Positions 25,384 through 37,897 of a DNA stretch of 64,000 nt are shown here, one piece after another. The notes beneath the pieces were generated by a model. The model was not told where the DNA came from. It saw nothing but the letters and a program-made list of their open reading frames with translations, and did no database searches. A program made the translations under genes and the position numbers. How positions within the stretch are numbered: the stretch's first letter is position 1; the number at the start of each line of letters is the position of its first letter. The stretch is from Eledone cirrhosa (Eukaryota): assembly GCA_964016885.1 (NCBI GenBank), contig OZ024742.1, positions 363,196,001 through 363,260,000 of the forward strand. Direction: 5' to 3'.

Positions 25384-26720
25384 TTCAAGAGTAACCAATC
25401 TTAAAGAGAGAGATGGAGATAGGAGAGGAGATATGAGAGGAGAGATTGGTGAATTAGTTAGAAGCCAAAGCGTAAAGGCATGTGCTCAATGTGCAATATG
25501 CAGTAGAAAGAAGCTAGGTGGCTGGGTTCATGCAGAAGTTAGATGCGCAGAGCTACAAATATTCATTAGTTAAGCAAAACAAGACCACAAATTTCACAAG
25601 AAAGACATTATGAAAAGATTGTCAACATATTTTAGTTTGATGTAAGGAATGTAGAGAATAATAATAATAATAATAATATTAATAATAATAATGTCCGTTT
25701 ACAATTGTTTCGCTACTCCATATAATATTTCTGAATCAGATAACTATATATTATAATTGATCTGGTGCAGTTGAAAATAATTAACATATTTAAAAAACAG
25801 AGCGGCTTATCGGAACTTCAAAGGAATATAAATTAAAATAATGCTGAATGTTACATAATATAATATACTATATATTGGTTTTTCACTATGGTGTCTTTGT
25901 TGCATCAAGTGTCAGCCATAATCAAGCAGTATTCATCTGTCGAGGCTGCATTGTGCGAGATCTGCCTATGGGTAACAAGATGGCTGCCAAAGGACATATT
26001 TACCTTACTAATTTCAAGGGAAGTAACTCCTCGAGAGTTTAGAAATTGTGGGTAGTTTATAGTTAAGTGCTAATTTTTAAATGTTTTAATTGAGAGACAA
26101 TGTAGGGGAGGTAACTTATAATTATCTAAGTTAGTCATAGCTATTTAACTTATTAGCTACAAGTAAAAATGGGGCTAGATGACTAAGTTGGGTCAAATAT
26201 TCTATTGGCGAAGGAATTAGCCCTTCGATGTCGACAGCTAATAGTTACCTCAGTTCTATCGTTAATCGGCAGAGGTCGTGATACAGTTATGTAATATGCT
26301 TCTGTATTTCAGAGATCACAAGATTTTCTTCATCCATTGAACGGTTGGGCCCTAGCCACGATATCCCAATTTAGAGAGTGTTGAACGTTGCTTAATTTAT
26401 GGTTTTTAATGAGCCTAGCTAGCGATGTCGAACATCTGTTGCTAGGGTCTCGGAAGGAAAAAGAGTGTGCGTTATAACGTACCTTAAAAGGGTTAATTAT
26501 TTTCAACTGCACCAGATCATAATATATAGTTATCTGATTCAGAAATATTATATGGAGTAGCGAAACAATTGTAAACGGACATTATTATTATTAATATTAT
26601 TATTATTATTATTATTATTATTCTCTACATTCCTTACATCAAACTAAAATATGTGGACAAACTTTTAATAATGTCTTCCTTGTGAAATGTGTGGTCTTAT
26701 TTTGCTTAACTAATGAATAT
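25380..26720 (-). mobile_element. Degenerate PLE with GIY-YIG remnant, inverted arm and tail
   Basis: FKVRYNAHSFSF...LNWDIVARAQPF...SCDL on minus 26230-26490; 26492-26720 inverts about 25557-25786; eroded long-stem-II HHR at about 25697-25817. Confidence 0.75.
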
Positions 26721-26960
26721 ATATATATAATATACATACACAAAAATGTATATAGACCTATATTTGAAATATGTATGTGTTGGTGTGTGTGTGGAGATAA
26801 TATTTCTAAGATACTTTTCTTTTAAATGTCTGATATCATTTTCCTGTATCTTAGGGCTGTACAGTTGGTTAGTGAAGCTGCTCTAAAGAACGGATATAGA
26901 GTTATGAAACATGTCAACAGGGGCGAAATTTTCGACAGAAATACGTAGTAGCATATATAT

Positions 26961-27158
26961 ACGTTATTCCGGGTTGAGTCGGAAGTAACCACAGTAAGTA
27001 AGGTACTCAATACATTGCAGAGTATAAAAGTTTTAACATAGATGAGATTCTACAGGACTAGAAGTGTTTCATTCTTTAGAAATCATCAGCAATCTCATTG
27101 AGATTCGTGATGATTTCTAAAGAATGAAACAGTTCTAGTCCTGTAGAATCTCATCTAT
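26961..27158. mobile_element. Family B miniature twin-HHR palindrome with tail
   Basis: HHRs at 27044-27096 (minus) and 27100-27152 (plus), stem I GAGAUUC/GAAUCUC. Confidence 0.85.
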
Positions 27159-27227
27159 ATATATATATAGATGAGATTCTACAGGACTAGAACTGTTTCA
27201 TTCTTTAGAATGAAACAGTTCTAGTCC

Positions 27228-28991
27228 AACATTGAATTTCATAATAACAGTAATAGTACTCCCGACGTCATTGTAAACCCTAGGCTAACTTCTATAAACC
27301 CAAATACAACGTCAAACACAACTTCGCTAAATGTTCATAATCCAACTCTAAATCAAGAAACTATTATTCCTATTATTCCTATCGCAAACAACTTCTCCAA
27401 TCCAATTCCTTCTATAGATAACACTAGGTCACTCATTAATAATCTCTCTAATTGCAACTGCCGCATTAAAAATAAATGTCATCTCAACAACCATTGTCTC
27501 GATAAAAACTTAATTTATGAATGTAAAATTATAACTAGTACCAATTCCTTCACCTATTTTGGCTCCACTTCCACCTCTTTTAAAGCTCGTCTCTATAATC
27601 ATCATTCATCTTTTAAATACAAACTTAAAAGAACCAACACTGCTCTCTCAGAACTCATATGGTCCTTAAAAGACAAAAACATTAAATATACCATCTTTTG
27701 GAAGAAGGTTTCTTCTGCATCCCCATACTTGAACAGCTCTCTATCTAAAATCTGTAATCTCTGCCTAAATGAAACATTTACCATTATCTCTAACCTAGAT
27801 TCTATAATAAATAGACGTACAGATTTGTTTTCTATCTGCCTGCATAAATTCCATAGAACTTTTCACAAAGTATACAGTTAATATTCAATTCTTTATCAAT
27901 TTAGAATCTTTTCTCAAAGGCACATATACATACACCTCTTTAAAATATACCCATCTTCCTACCATACTTTAAAGGGCTTTATACACTCTATAATACTTGT
28001 TTACTCATTACCCTCATTCTATCTTCACCTTGTAAAATCATTAATAACATATACATCTGTTTTTTGACGTTAGAATATTCATCCGCAATCATTATTTTTT
28101 TCTCTCTATCATAAATCTTTTTAATTTCAATTTCATCCTTAATTTATTATTTTTTTCTCCCCATCAACGAACTCATTCTTAATACATATTAACTCTATTC
28201 GCATATATTATCAATTCCTCCAATATACAAACTTTAACTTCACATTATTTTTCTCAAATCCTTCTACACACAAACCTTAATAATTTTTCTCTTCGTTAAT
28301 TTTGAAATTGCCACAACATACCCTTTTTTGACGTTAGAATATTCATCCACAATTATTATTTCTTCTCTCTATCTTCATACATAAATTCCCTTCGTTAATT
28401 TTTAAATTCCTTTAATTTATACATTATCTTCCAACGGTTTCTCAACCTCTTTATGTAAAACAATATATCTTTCTCTCAGTTATAAAAACTATCTCTTTCT
28501 CTCTATCACCCATCTCTCCCTCTCCACCTTCACTCTCATCTCCTCCCCCTTTTTTTCCATCCTTTCCACCCCCCTCCCTAAATAAAATACTTTTTCCTCG
28601 CACATATCCTCCTTTCGTTAATTTTCAAATTTTTTTTAATTTATACATTATCTTCCAACGGTTTTCAACCTCTCTATGTAAAACAATATATCTCCTCTCA
28701 GTTATAAAAAACTATCTCTTTCTCTCTATCACCCATCTCTCCCTCTCATCTCCTCCCCTTTTTCATCCCCCCCCCTCTCTAAATAAAATATTTTTCCCAA
28801 TATCACACATCAATCTAAAACCACTTTTCATATGTTGATTTAAAACTGCACTATCCACAAGTGTTTTATAGCCTTCATATCATGTTCTCCTGTTTTATCT
28901 GATGAAAACACAAATATTATTGCATGATGATGTTTGTTTTTGAAATGCGCATAATAAAATACATGGAACTCCTTTAACCATCTTTTGATCT

Positions 28992-28995
<4 letters not shown>
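27228..28995 (+). mobile_element. 5'-truncated PLE (family C): GIY-YIG domain, 3' UTR with internal duplications, HHR
   Basis: NCNCRIKNKCHLNNHCLDKNLIYEC...YFGSTSTSFKARLYNH...ICNLCLNE...CLHK, stop near 27880. Confidence 0.85.
28893..28959 (+). ncRNA. Type I hammerhead, palindromic stem III (family C)
   Basis: UUUUAU-CUGAUGA-AAACA...UGUUUUU-GAAA-UGCGCA-UA^AUAAAA. Confidence 0.8.
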
Positions 28996-29076
<81 letters not shown>

Positions 29077-29359
29077 TATATATATAGATATATAGATATA
29101 TTAGAGCGTCTGTGACCTATTCCACCCTGAACGAACAAATCATATTTAAGAAAGGAAGCTAGATTTGTAAAACATGTAAAATAGGTAAAAATGTGAAAGA
29201 AATATATGGTAGCTTAAGAATATACTCTAACATATGTGAACTATTCCATACTGAATGAAGAAAGATACATTTAACTAACATATATCTTTTCTCACAGCTT
29301 ATGTACATTTACGTCATGTTTTATTTTTTAAATTCAAATTTACTTTCTCTCCGAAATAT

Positions 29360-29460
29360 GGAGGCGCGTGGCCTAGTAGTAAGAGTGCTGGACTTACGAT
29401 CATGGTTTCGATTCCTAGGCAGGGTTGTGTTTTGTGTTCTTGAGTAAAACATTTCATTTC
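29360..29460 (+). mobile_element. tRNA-derived SINE (family 2) 5' part
   Basis: GGAGGCGCGTGGCCTAGT A-box, GGTTTCGATTCC B-box; relatives at 32243 and 39348. Confidence 0.7.
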
Positions 29461-29586
29461 TCTTTCATAGAAGAATTAATGGAATCACATGTATTTGTAT
29501 GTAAATTGTTCTCATGTCCACTGTCCGTGTACTCGAGTACAATTCTAGGCAGTGACTTGAACAAACGTTAATAATAACATCACTAG

Positions 29587-29632
29587 GACACCTGATGAAG
29601 GCTGGAGAGTACATCAGCCGAAACGTTGTGTT
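29587..29632 (+). ncRNA. Minimal type I hammerhead in a short element (29466-29670)
   Basis: GACAC-CUGAUGA-A-GGCUG...CAGCC-GAAAC-GUU^GUGUU. Confidence 0.8.
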
Positions 29633-29666
29633 AACAACAAAACAAGATGAGGACACCTATCTGTCC

Positions 29667-29703
<37 letters not shown>

Positions 29704-29846
29704 CATACACATACATGCATATATATACACATACATACATATATACATACACACATATATATACATACATACATATATGCATACATATATACATATATAT
29801 ATGTATTTTTTTTATATATATACATATACATATATAATATTTATAT

Positions 29847-30025
29847 ATAGGAAAATGTTAGACCCCGACGGCTGAGCTCAGGCCGTTTCGTCCAGAAATA
29901 GCCGTCGAAACGGCTTGAGCTCTGCTGTCGGGGTCTAACATTTTCCTATTACCCACTTTACTACCCTAAGTATTGAGTACCCTGGTGCGTTATGGTCCAT
30001 CTATTTCCTTACCATACCTCCTTAG

Positions 30026-30027
<2 letters not shown>
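29847..30027 (+). mobile_element. Family A miniature PLE derivative
   Basis: Same layout as 2454-2646. Confidence 0.85.
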
Positions 30028-30091
<64 letters not shown>

Positions 30092-30195
30092 ATGTATATA
30101 TAATGTATTTTGCAATACACTTTATGCTTAATTAAAAGCATTTTGAAGACCGTGAGCTATTGTTTTTTAGAGTAGTGACAAATTCACTTACTTTG

Positions 30196-30244
<49 letters not shown>

Positions 30245-30324
30245 ATTCCTTATTAAATTTGACGTTTACACATTGTGAACGTATTGAGTACCTTACTTAC
30301 TGTGGTTGCTCGTTATTGAACATG

Positions 30325-30358
<34 letters not shown>

Positions 30359-30359
30359 G

Positions 30360-30391
<32 letters not shown>

Positions 30392-30415
30392 GTGCGCGCG
30401 CGAGTGTGTGTGTGT

Positions 30416-30448
<33 letters not shown>

Positions 30449-30817
30449 AGTGTATAGTGACATAAGGATTGTCGGTACCAATACATTGAATATGTAGCGA
30501 GATTCCAAAGAATTCAAAATCGATAAACTCTGATTACAATTGCAGGATGAAAGAATTCTATAGTTTTAATATGAAAATGTTAAGAACATCAATTGTATAT
30601 AGAGTGATTGTAGCATCCCAAATGGTTAGTACAAGAAGGATAAACGCTATGTCGGTATACAAGACATTAATATCAGTGACAAGTTCAGAATATAGGAATA
30701 TAGGAATGAATTTAAACTTTTAAATATGATGGCATGCTTAAAGAGAATAAAATATGTGTGTTTGAACCATTTCAATAACGATTCGCCCACACCTTGCTGT
30801 TCAAAAGTTGTACTTAA

Positions 30818-30910
30818 TAATTGCTTCTACTGTTGGCACAAGGCCAGCAATTCACCAGTACATTACTGGTACTTTATCTTATCGACCCCGTAAGGATGAA
30901 AGTGAAGGTT
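30818..30910 (-). mobile_element. SINE family 1, 3' fragment
   Basis: Shared core and tail. Confidence 0.7.
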
Positions 30911-30967
30911 AGTCAGTGAGAAGTGGTTCATATTTAACTATTAAAAGAATAAAAATAATATGACTAA

Positions 30968-31092
30968 TCTTCTTCTTCTTCTTCTTCTTCTTCTTCTTCT
31001 TCTTCTTCTTCTTCTTCTTCTTCTTCTTCTTCTTCTTCTTCTTCTTCTTCTTCTTCTTCTTCTTCTTCTTCTTCTTCTTCTTCTTCTTCTTC
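30968..31092. repeat. (TTC)n microsatellite, possibly the tail of a minus-strand LINE fragment (31093-31460)
   Basis: Direct reading. Confidence 0.85.
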
Positions 31093-32242
31093 CTGAGAGG
31101 ATTGTGGCGGTTGAGTCCCCAAAGATTCCTTGCAGCAGGTCCTGTCCGAAGCAACCATTTCACACTGATCCAGCTGGATCCCCAAGCGTGACATGTTATG
31201 CAATCAACTGGCTCAGGGTCTACCCAATGGTTCTCCTGCGATTTGTTTTTGCCCGTAAAATCTGTCCATCGATTCTTTCCTTGACATTCTAAGCACATAG
31301 CCATAGTATCAGAGCTGTGATCACTCAGTGCGGAGAAGTAGCGGCTCTACCTGGAGTGACTCGCTCATCTCCGAGTTACGCACTCTATCAAGTAACGTTA
31401 CCCCAAAGACCCTTCAGAGGAACCCTATTTCGGCCACCTGTATTAGCGATTGTATTCTTTCGATCATGAGCCAACGAAATAATTTACTAAACAAATACCA
31501 AAAATGAGTTCAATTGTAAATGGTTTTATGTGGATACATTCTTTTGAGTTAAATATTCTGTGAAATGAACCCAAGCCGGCGTTCACGAGGTTCCTGTTGT
31601 TTGTCAATCGAAAAATATGTTTTTTATTTAGGATTCCATAAACAGCAGTTTTGTTATAGTAATTCTCAAGGAATTTCAGCAGGACAGTGTCTAACATGGT
31701 TGCCGCTTGGTAATATGGATAGATAAGTAATTTTAGTTCACCTATTCTGCAAAATCTTGCCAGAATACATCAAACCATTCTATTTTATTTCGTCATTAAA
31801 AATGTATCCAGTCTGTTTTGATCAATAACAAACCAAACGAAGTATTCACGATATTCTCTCTTATTTTAATCAATAGTTCTCAAAATCCATCAATGCGGAT
31901 GACATTCAACATTTTTGGTTAGTTAAGAAAACAATAACATTGTATATGGTTCCGTGAAAACACTTCAAACCAAGTTAATAAAAACATTGCTTTAATCTCA
32001 AGAGCAAATATCGTGATTCTCATATTGCGTGTGTTTTTCAGGTTGTCCATGATAAAAGAATATCATTTAGCAATGGAATGAATCGCATTTGACAACATAG
32101 AAATTCCAGCTAGCTGACTCTGTTGTAGGTCAGTCTAAAGGAAGATATGTCTGACTGTGTGTGTCTGTGTGTGTGTGTGCGGAGTGTGTGTGTGTATATG
32201 TGTGTGTGTGTGCGTGTGATTGTGTGTGCGTGAAGTCTAAGT

Positions 32243-32520
32243 GGAGGCACGTGGATTAGTGGCAAGTGTGTCGAACGTATTATCATAATGTCGTGGGTTC
32301 GATTCCTGGGCTGGGTTGTGTTTTGTGTTCTTCAGTAAAACACTGCATTTCACGTTGTTCAAGTAAACTCAGCTGGAAATTAGTACTAGTAATAGTTAGG
32401 GGTTTAACCCTGCGATAAGTGGGCGTCCTGCTCCAGGGTAAGTCTTGTACTCTCACTCGCTTCAAGCCAGGAAACTGGGAGAAGCATCGGCCTGATGAAC
32501 CTTCTGCCTTGTGACAGACA
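32243..32520 (+). mobile_element. tRNA-derived SINE (family 2), near full length
   Basis: A/B boxes; matches 29360-29460. Confidence 0.7.
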
Positions 32521-32798
32521 TTAGAGTTACAATAGAGTGTATCAGTATAACGAAAGAAACGTGTGTTTGTGCGTATTTGAGCGTGTTTGTGTGCGTGTAT
32601 GTGTGTGTGAGCCTGTTTTTGAGTGTGCAGTCCCTGTTAATCTAGTCTATAGTGTACCAACGCAACGACAGAAGTGTATATTTTTCAGTGTTTGTATGTG
32701 TATTTGTATGTGAAGTCCTAGCTCGTTGTATGTGAATGTGTGTATGTGTGTATATGTATGTGTGTTCGAGTACTTCACCATCTGTGTCTATATCATTT

Positions 32799-32975
32799 CG
32801 GCAGTATCAGTAGAGGGTCGGACGCCATGCTTTCCAGCATAGTTACGTCCCTTTACGATCTGAGTTCAAATCCCGCCGAGGTTGACTTTGCCTTTCATCC
32901 TTACGGGATCGATAAAATAAAGTACCAGTAATGTACTGGGTAGTTGCTGGCCCTATGCCTAAAGTAGAAACAATT
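32799..32975 (+). mobile_element. SINE family 1
   Basis: Matches 4516-4701. Confidence 0.85.
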
Positions 32976-33068
32976 ATCTTTGTCGTAAAAATGCTCCGTC
33001 TTTAAATTATAATTCTTCTTCTTTTCCTATGTTGAGCCACAACCGTGAAAACATGATAAAAGATGTTA

Positions 33069-33871
33069 TAGCTGTGACCTTCATAGCTGCCCACATGGAG
33101 ACTATTTCAACCCACACTATCTAATATATCCCTCCTTTGTTTAGCTGTGACCTTCATAGCTGCCCACGTGGAGACTATTTCAACCCAAACTATCTAATAT
33201 ATCCCTCCTTTGTTTAGCTGTGACCTTCATAGCTGCCCACGTGGAGACTATTTCAACCCAAACTATCTAATATATCCCTCCTTTGTTTAGCTGTGACCTT
33301 CATAGCTGCCCACATGGAGACTATTTCAACCCAAACTATCTAATATATCCCTCTTTTGTTTAGCTGTGACCTTCATAGCTGCCCACGTGGAGACTATTTC
33401 AACCTAAACTATCTAATATATCCCTCCTTTGTTTAGCTGTGACCTTCAGAGCTGCCCACATGGAGACTATTTCAACCCAAACTATCTAATATATCCCTCC
33501 TTTGTTTAGCTGTGATCTTCAGAGCTGCCCACGTGGAGGTTATTTCAACCCAAACTATCTAATATATCCCTCCTTTGTTTAGCTGTGACCTTCAGAGCTG
33601 CCCACGTGGAGGTTATTTCAACCTAAACTATCTAATATATCCCTCCTTTGTTTAGCTGTGACCTTCAGAGCTGCCCACGTGGAGGTTATTTCAACCTAAA
33701 CTATCTAATATATCCCTCCTTTGTTTAGCTGTGACCTTCATAGCTGCCCACGTGGAGGTTATTTCAACCTAAACTATCTAATATATCCCTCCTTTGTTTA
33801 GCTGTGATCTTCAGAGTTGCCCACGTGGAGGTTATTTCAACCTAAACTATCTAATATATCCCTCCTTTGTT
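33069..33871. repeat. 73-bp minisatellite, 11 copies
   Basis: TAGCTGTGACCTTC recurs at 33069, 33142, 33215 and onward with no unique spacers. Confidence 0.95.
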
Positions 33872-34665
33872 TTTGTTGTTTTTAACGCGTGTATGTGCGA
33901 TCGGAAAGATAATTTCTTTCTCTGGAAGAAATTGGTTCTGTCCAAACCTGGAAAGGGATCGGTTTCGTCATGTTTAAAAACACCCAAGATATATTTAGTG
34001 TTGGAACGGACTCCCTAAGATTGCAGCAAGAGATAAGCGCCATTGACTTTTTTCTTTTTAAAATGCATTCTAAATCTTTTACATTCGTTACATAACTATC
34101 TTATATTAGTTGTAGAAAATAGCTCAATTCTATAGAATTTTAAACAGTTATACTCTGTGTTCTTTATCTCCATGTTAGCTTCCATTTCTTCGCTTTTAAA
34201 GTTAAATTTTTGTTTCATTTTTTCTCACTTCGAGAGATAATTTTAATCCAATTTGCTTTCCCACTTTGAATTATATGTAAATGTTACTCACAAACTGAAA
34301 AAAATAAAATATTTGTATTTTTCTTTTATTGTGTTTCTCAAAATAAAAAGAGAGATATTTAGTAACCCACGAGGGAGAATCTAGACTGATTATCTGTCAT
34401 TTCACACTATACTCTCGTCGCTGTAGTGAACAGCACGAGGTTTCTTTTTACGTATTGATTGAAGTGCCAAGGGAGATGAATCGAAACAAGTTTATAAAAC
34501 TCAACAGGATGGATATAGGAGTTTATTAGCACACGGCATAGTTTCACTAACTTGAAAACATACTGCATTCTGAAAGATTCTAAACTCATAACATATTCCA
34601 TGTAACATATTACATACTGAAACATTAACCATAATACGCCATGTCTGTTCGTATATATATATATA

Positions 34666-34864
34666 TAACAAAGGAATTGTGGTAAGGAACCAGATGGACC
34701 ATAACGCACCAGAGTACTCAATACTTAGGGTAGTAGAGTGGGAAATAGGAAAAAGTATGACCCTGACGGCAGAGCTCAAGCCGTTTCGACGGCTATTTCT
34801 GGACTCAGTCCAGAAATAGCCGTCAAACGGCTTGAGCTCTGCCGTCGTGGTCATACTTTTCCCT
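34666..34864 (-). mobile_element. Family A miniature PLE derivative
   Basis: Tail on the left, palindrome centred near 34806. Confidence 0.85.
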
Positions 34865-34873
34865 ATATATATA

Positions 34874-36007
34874 TAGCTTCAAATGGAGTGAGAATAAGAA
34901 GAAGGCAAGAACGGGGGGAGTTTTCCTCATCAGTTGTCTACTGGGGGTCTCGGGTATTTCCACGCTTTAAAGACAAGATATCTACCGCCCAGAGCGTCCA
35001 ATAATTGGGTAAGTTATTGGGAAAACGGAGGAAGGAGGGAAGGAAAATAGAAGGGAAAAGGGAAGAAAAGAGAAAACAGCGAAATAAAAAGCAACAAACG
35101 GAGGAATGTGCGAGCAACTTAAGGTAAGAAAATCGAAGACCACAACGATAAGAGAATTTAAGTTCAAGAGTGTGTGGGCGTGCGGAAAGACACGTCTGAA
35201 CCCTGCGAGTTGTAAGTGAGAAAAGGACTGCTAGAGGGTCATGCGAGGGAAACAATGGGGTGACAGGCAGAGAGAGGTGAGTGAAAGTGAGAGGGAGAAG
35301 CGAGAGAAAGAAAGAGTGGGAAGAGTAGATAGTAACGAAATAGGTAGGAGAGAGAAGACTAGTAGAGAGGATGACTGAAAGTGAGAGGGAGAACGGTAGA
35401 GGAAGAAAGAGGGGGAAGAGGTGATAGTAACGAAATAGGTAGGTAGGAGGAGAGAGAAGACTGGTCACAGCGAAACATGATAAAATATATGGAGAAAAGG
35501 GCGGCTGTGTAGTTTCTAGTTAAGGTAGCTTAAAATGGAGGGAGAATAAGAAGATAGCAAGAACGGCCAATCCTATTCTCCATATATTTTATCATGTTTC
35601 GCTGTGACTAGTCTTCTCTCTCTCTCTGCTACCTATTTCGTTACTATCTACTCTTACCCCTCATTCTTCCACCCCCTTTCTCCCTCTCACTTTCACTCAC
35701 CCTCTCTCTGCCTGCCACCCCATTGTTTCCCTCGCCTGACCCTCTAGCAGTCCTTTTCTCACTTACAACTCGCAGGGTTCAGACGTGTCTTTCCGCACAC
35801 CCACACGCTCTTGAACTTAAGTTCTCTTATCGCTGTGGTCTTCGATTTTCTTACCTTAAGTTACTTGCACATTCCTCCGTTTTTTTTCTTTCGCTATTTT
35901 CTCTTTTCTTCCCTTTTCCCTTCTATTTTCCTTCCCTCCCTCCTCCGTTTTCCCAATAACTTACCCAATTATTGAACTCTCTGGGCGGTAGATATCTTGT
36001 CTCTAAG
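34874..36007. mobile_element. Family G: partial-tandem (about 652-bp) non-coding element with inverted arm; remainder displaced to 37678-37811
   Basis: 34875 motif recurs at 35527; 35566-36007 inverts about 34967-35500. Confidence 0.8.
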
Positions 36008-36107
36008 TTAACCTCGGCGGGATTTGAACTCAGATCATAAAGGGAGGTAACTCTATGCTTCAAAGCATGGCGTCCGACCCTCTACCGATACTGCCAATCC
36101 ACCGCCC
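36005..36107 (-). mobile_element. 5' half of a family 1 SINE
   Basis: Ends at GGTTAACTT; complementary 3' half at 37806-37897 on plus. Confidence 0.8.
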
Positions 36108-36910
36108 TTGGTGTAATTAATGTGGACCCTTATAAATCGACTTCAGGTCGTTCACGATTCTCATTCTTTCCTACAAACATTCATTACCATATCAATTAAA
36201 ATATGTGGGTTTTGGGACAAATCCTTCCAAATCCTTAACCAATACCGAAATTCTAACTCTAGAAGGATCCTGTTAGAAATTAATAATACAAATTATATAT
36301 AAAAACATTTCTATATATTAAAAGAATTGTAAAACTTCTACAGTAAATGCAGGAAGGAATATTTTTACGTTTTATCTTACTACATACACATCATTTTCAG
36401 AACAGTTGAAGTCATTTAACTCTAACTAAATTATTGTGTAACATAAAATAAATGATCACCCCTAAAGTAAAGAGAAATAAATACTATTTATTTATCTAAT
36501 CAAGTTAAATGCCTGTATAGAGCTACTAAGCCATGACAGAAGTAGCTAGTAATTCTTAAATTTGAAAAGCAAAAAACAAGGTCTACAGAGAGAGAAGTGA
36601 ATATAAAAATAAAATAAAATTTAAACAAATAAGGCCAACTGGAGGCAAAATAAGCATAAACAAGATAAATAAAAACGAGAATCAATGGAAGCTGTAAAGC
36701 AGGAAGGAGGTTCTGTTGTTGAATCCTTTCATAACCTCGTTTGCAAAGTAATACTCTAATAAAATCGGCAAAAAGGAATGTGCGTGAGCATGCTTAAAAC
36801 ATGATTCATGGATACTTTTTAATTATATATTTTTGTATGGAACTATATCTTCGACGTGATTTTATTCATAACAACGATCGTGGGGATGACAGACGTTTGT
36901 GTAGATAAGA

Positions 36911-37067
36911 GGCGGTGGAATGGCAGAGTTGTTAGAAAGTCGGATAAAATACTTTGTGCGATTAATTCCGTCTTTCTACTCTCTGAGTTCATCCCCGCCG
37001 AGGTCAACTTTGTCTTTCATCCATTCTAAGTCGATACAAATAGTACCAGTCTAATTCTGGGGTCGAT
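36911..37067 (+). mobile_element. tRNA-derived SINE, older relative of family 1
   Basis: GGCGGTGGAATGGCAGAG head and CCGCCGAGGTCAACTTTG core. Confidence 0.7.
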
Positions 37068-37648
37068 TGTTCCTTTATATCTCTTTCTCACTTCGTTTAT
37101 CTCACGTTCTATCCTTCTTTGGAAGAAATCTGCTGTATTCTGACCAGGAGAGAGATGTGCTCCGCTTGGTTTGTCCTAGAAACGCCGGATATCAATATGG
37201 CACCCCAAGATTTACATCAGATATAACAGGGCTATGCATAGATAACTAGAGGTCCTGTACTAGTTATAACTACTCAACTTTTCGAGTCCGAGATGGGTAT
37301 AATATATATACTAGTATTACCAGATATATGATAAATTATGGATTGCATCAGAGAAACCCCATAATTATATTGACTACTGACACGGAAGTGATTAAAGACA
37401 ACTGTGATATCTTACTCATTTAGTTTTAGGATATCTGTGCATGTTTTGATGTATTTGGGTAATAACGACAGAGATAATTAAATATATGAGTAACTTTGGA
37501 GAAATAAATATTTACAGGGAAAACTCTGGGTTCCAACCAAGTATCTTAGGACTGGAAAGCGAATTTCTTAATAGGAACATGTTTGACATACAGAATGCTT
37601 TCCGCTTGTCTGTGTGTGGGTGGGTGTGCTTGTGCAAATTTTAATTAG

Positions 37649-37680
<32 letters not shown>

Positions 37681-37805
37681 AGAATAGGATTGGCTGTGTA
37701 GTTGCTAGTTAAGGTAGCTAAAAAGGGAGTGAGAATAAGAAGAAAGCAAGAACGGGCGGAGTGGGATTTCCTCATCAGTTGTCTACTGGGGCCTAGGATA
37801 TTTCC

Positions 37806-37897
37806 ACTTTACCTTTCATCCTTACGGGTCGATAAAATAAAATACCAGTAATGCACTGGGATAATCTCTGGCCTTGTGCCAAATGTAGAAACAATTA
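37806..37897 (+). mobile_element. 3' half of a family 1 SINE
   Basis: ACTTTACCTTTCATCCTTACGGGTCGATAAAA...AGAAACAATT. Confidence 0.8.

Larger units (their letters stand above)
21389..25755. repeat. 1.9-kb inverted duplication around the assembly gap
   Basis: 21389-23322 is the reverse complement of 23839-25755, differing mostly in microsatellite lengths. Confidence 0.85.

Noticed and set aside
30909-31304. Poly-K, poly-E and poly-L ORFs
   Set aside because: (TTC)n microsatellite
33069-33871. CRISPR-like regular array
   Set aside because: Units are contiguous with no unique spacers, there are no cas genes, and the context is eukaryotic
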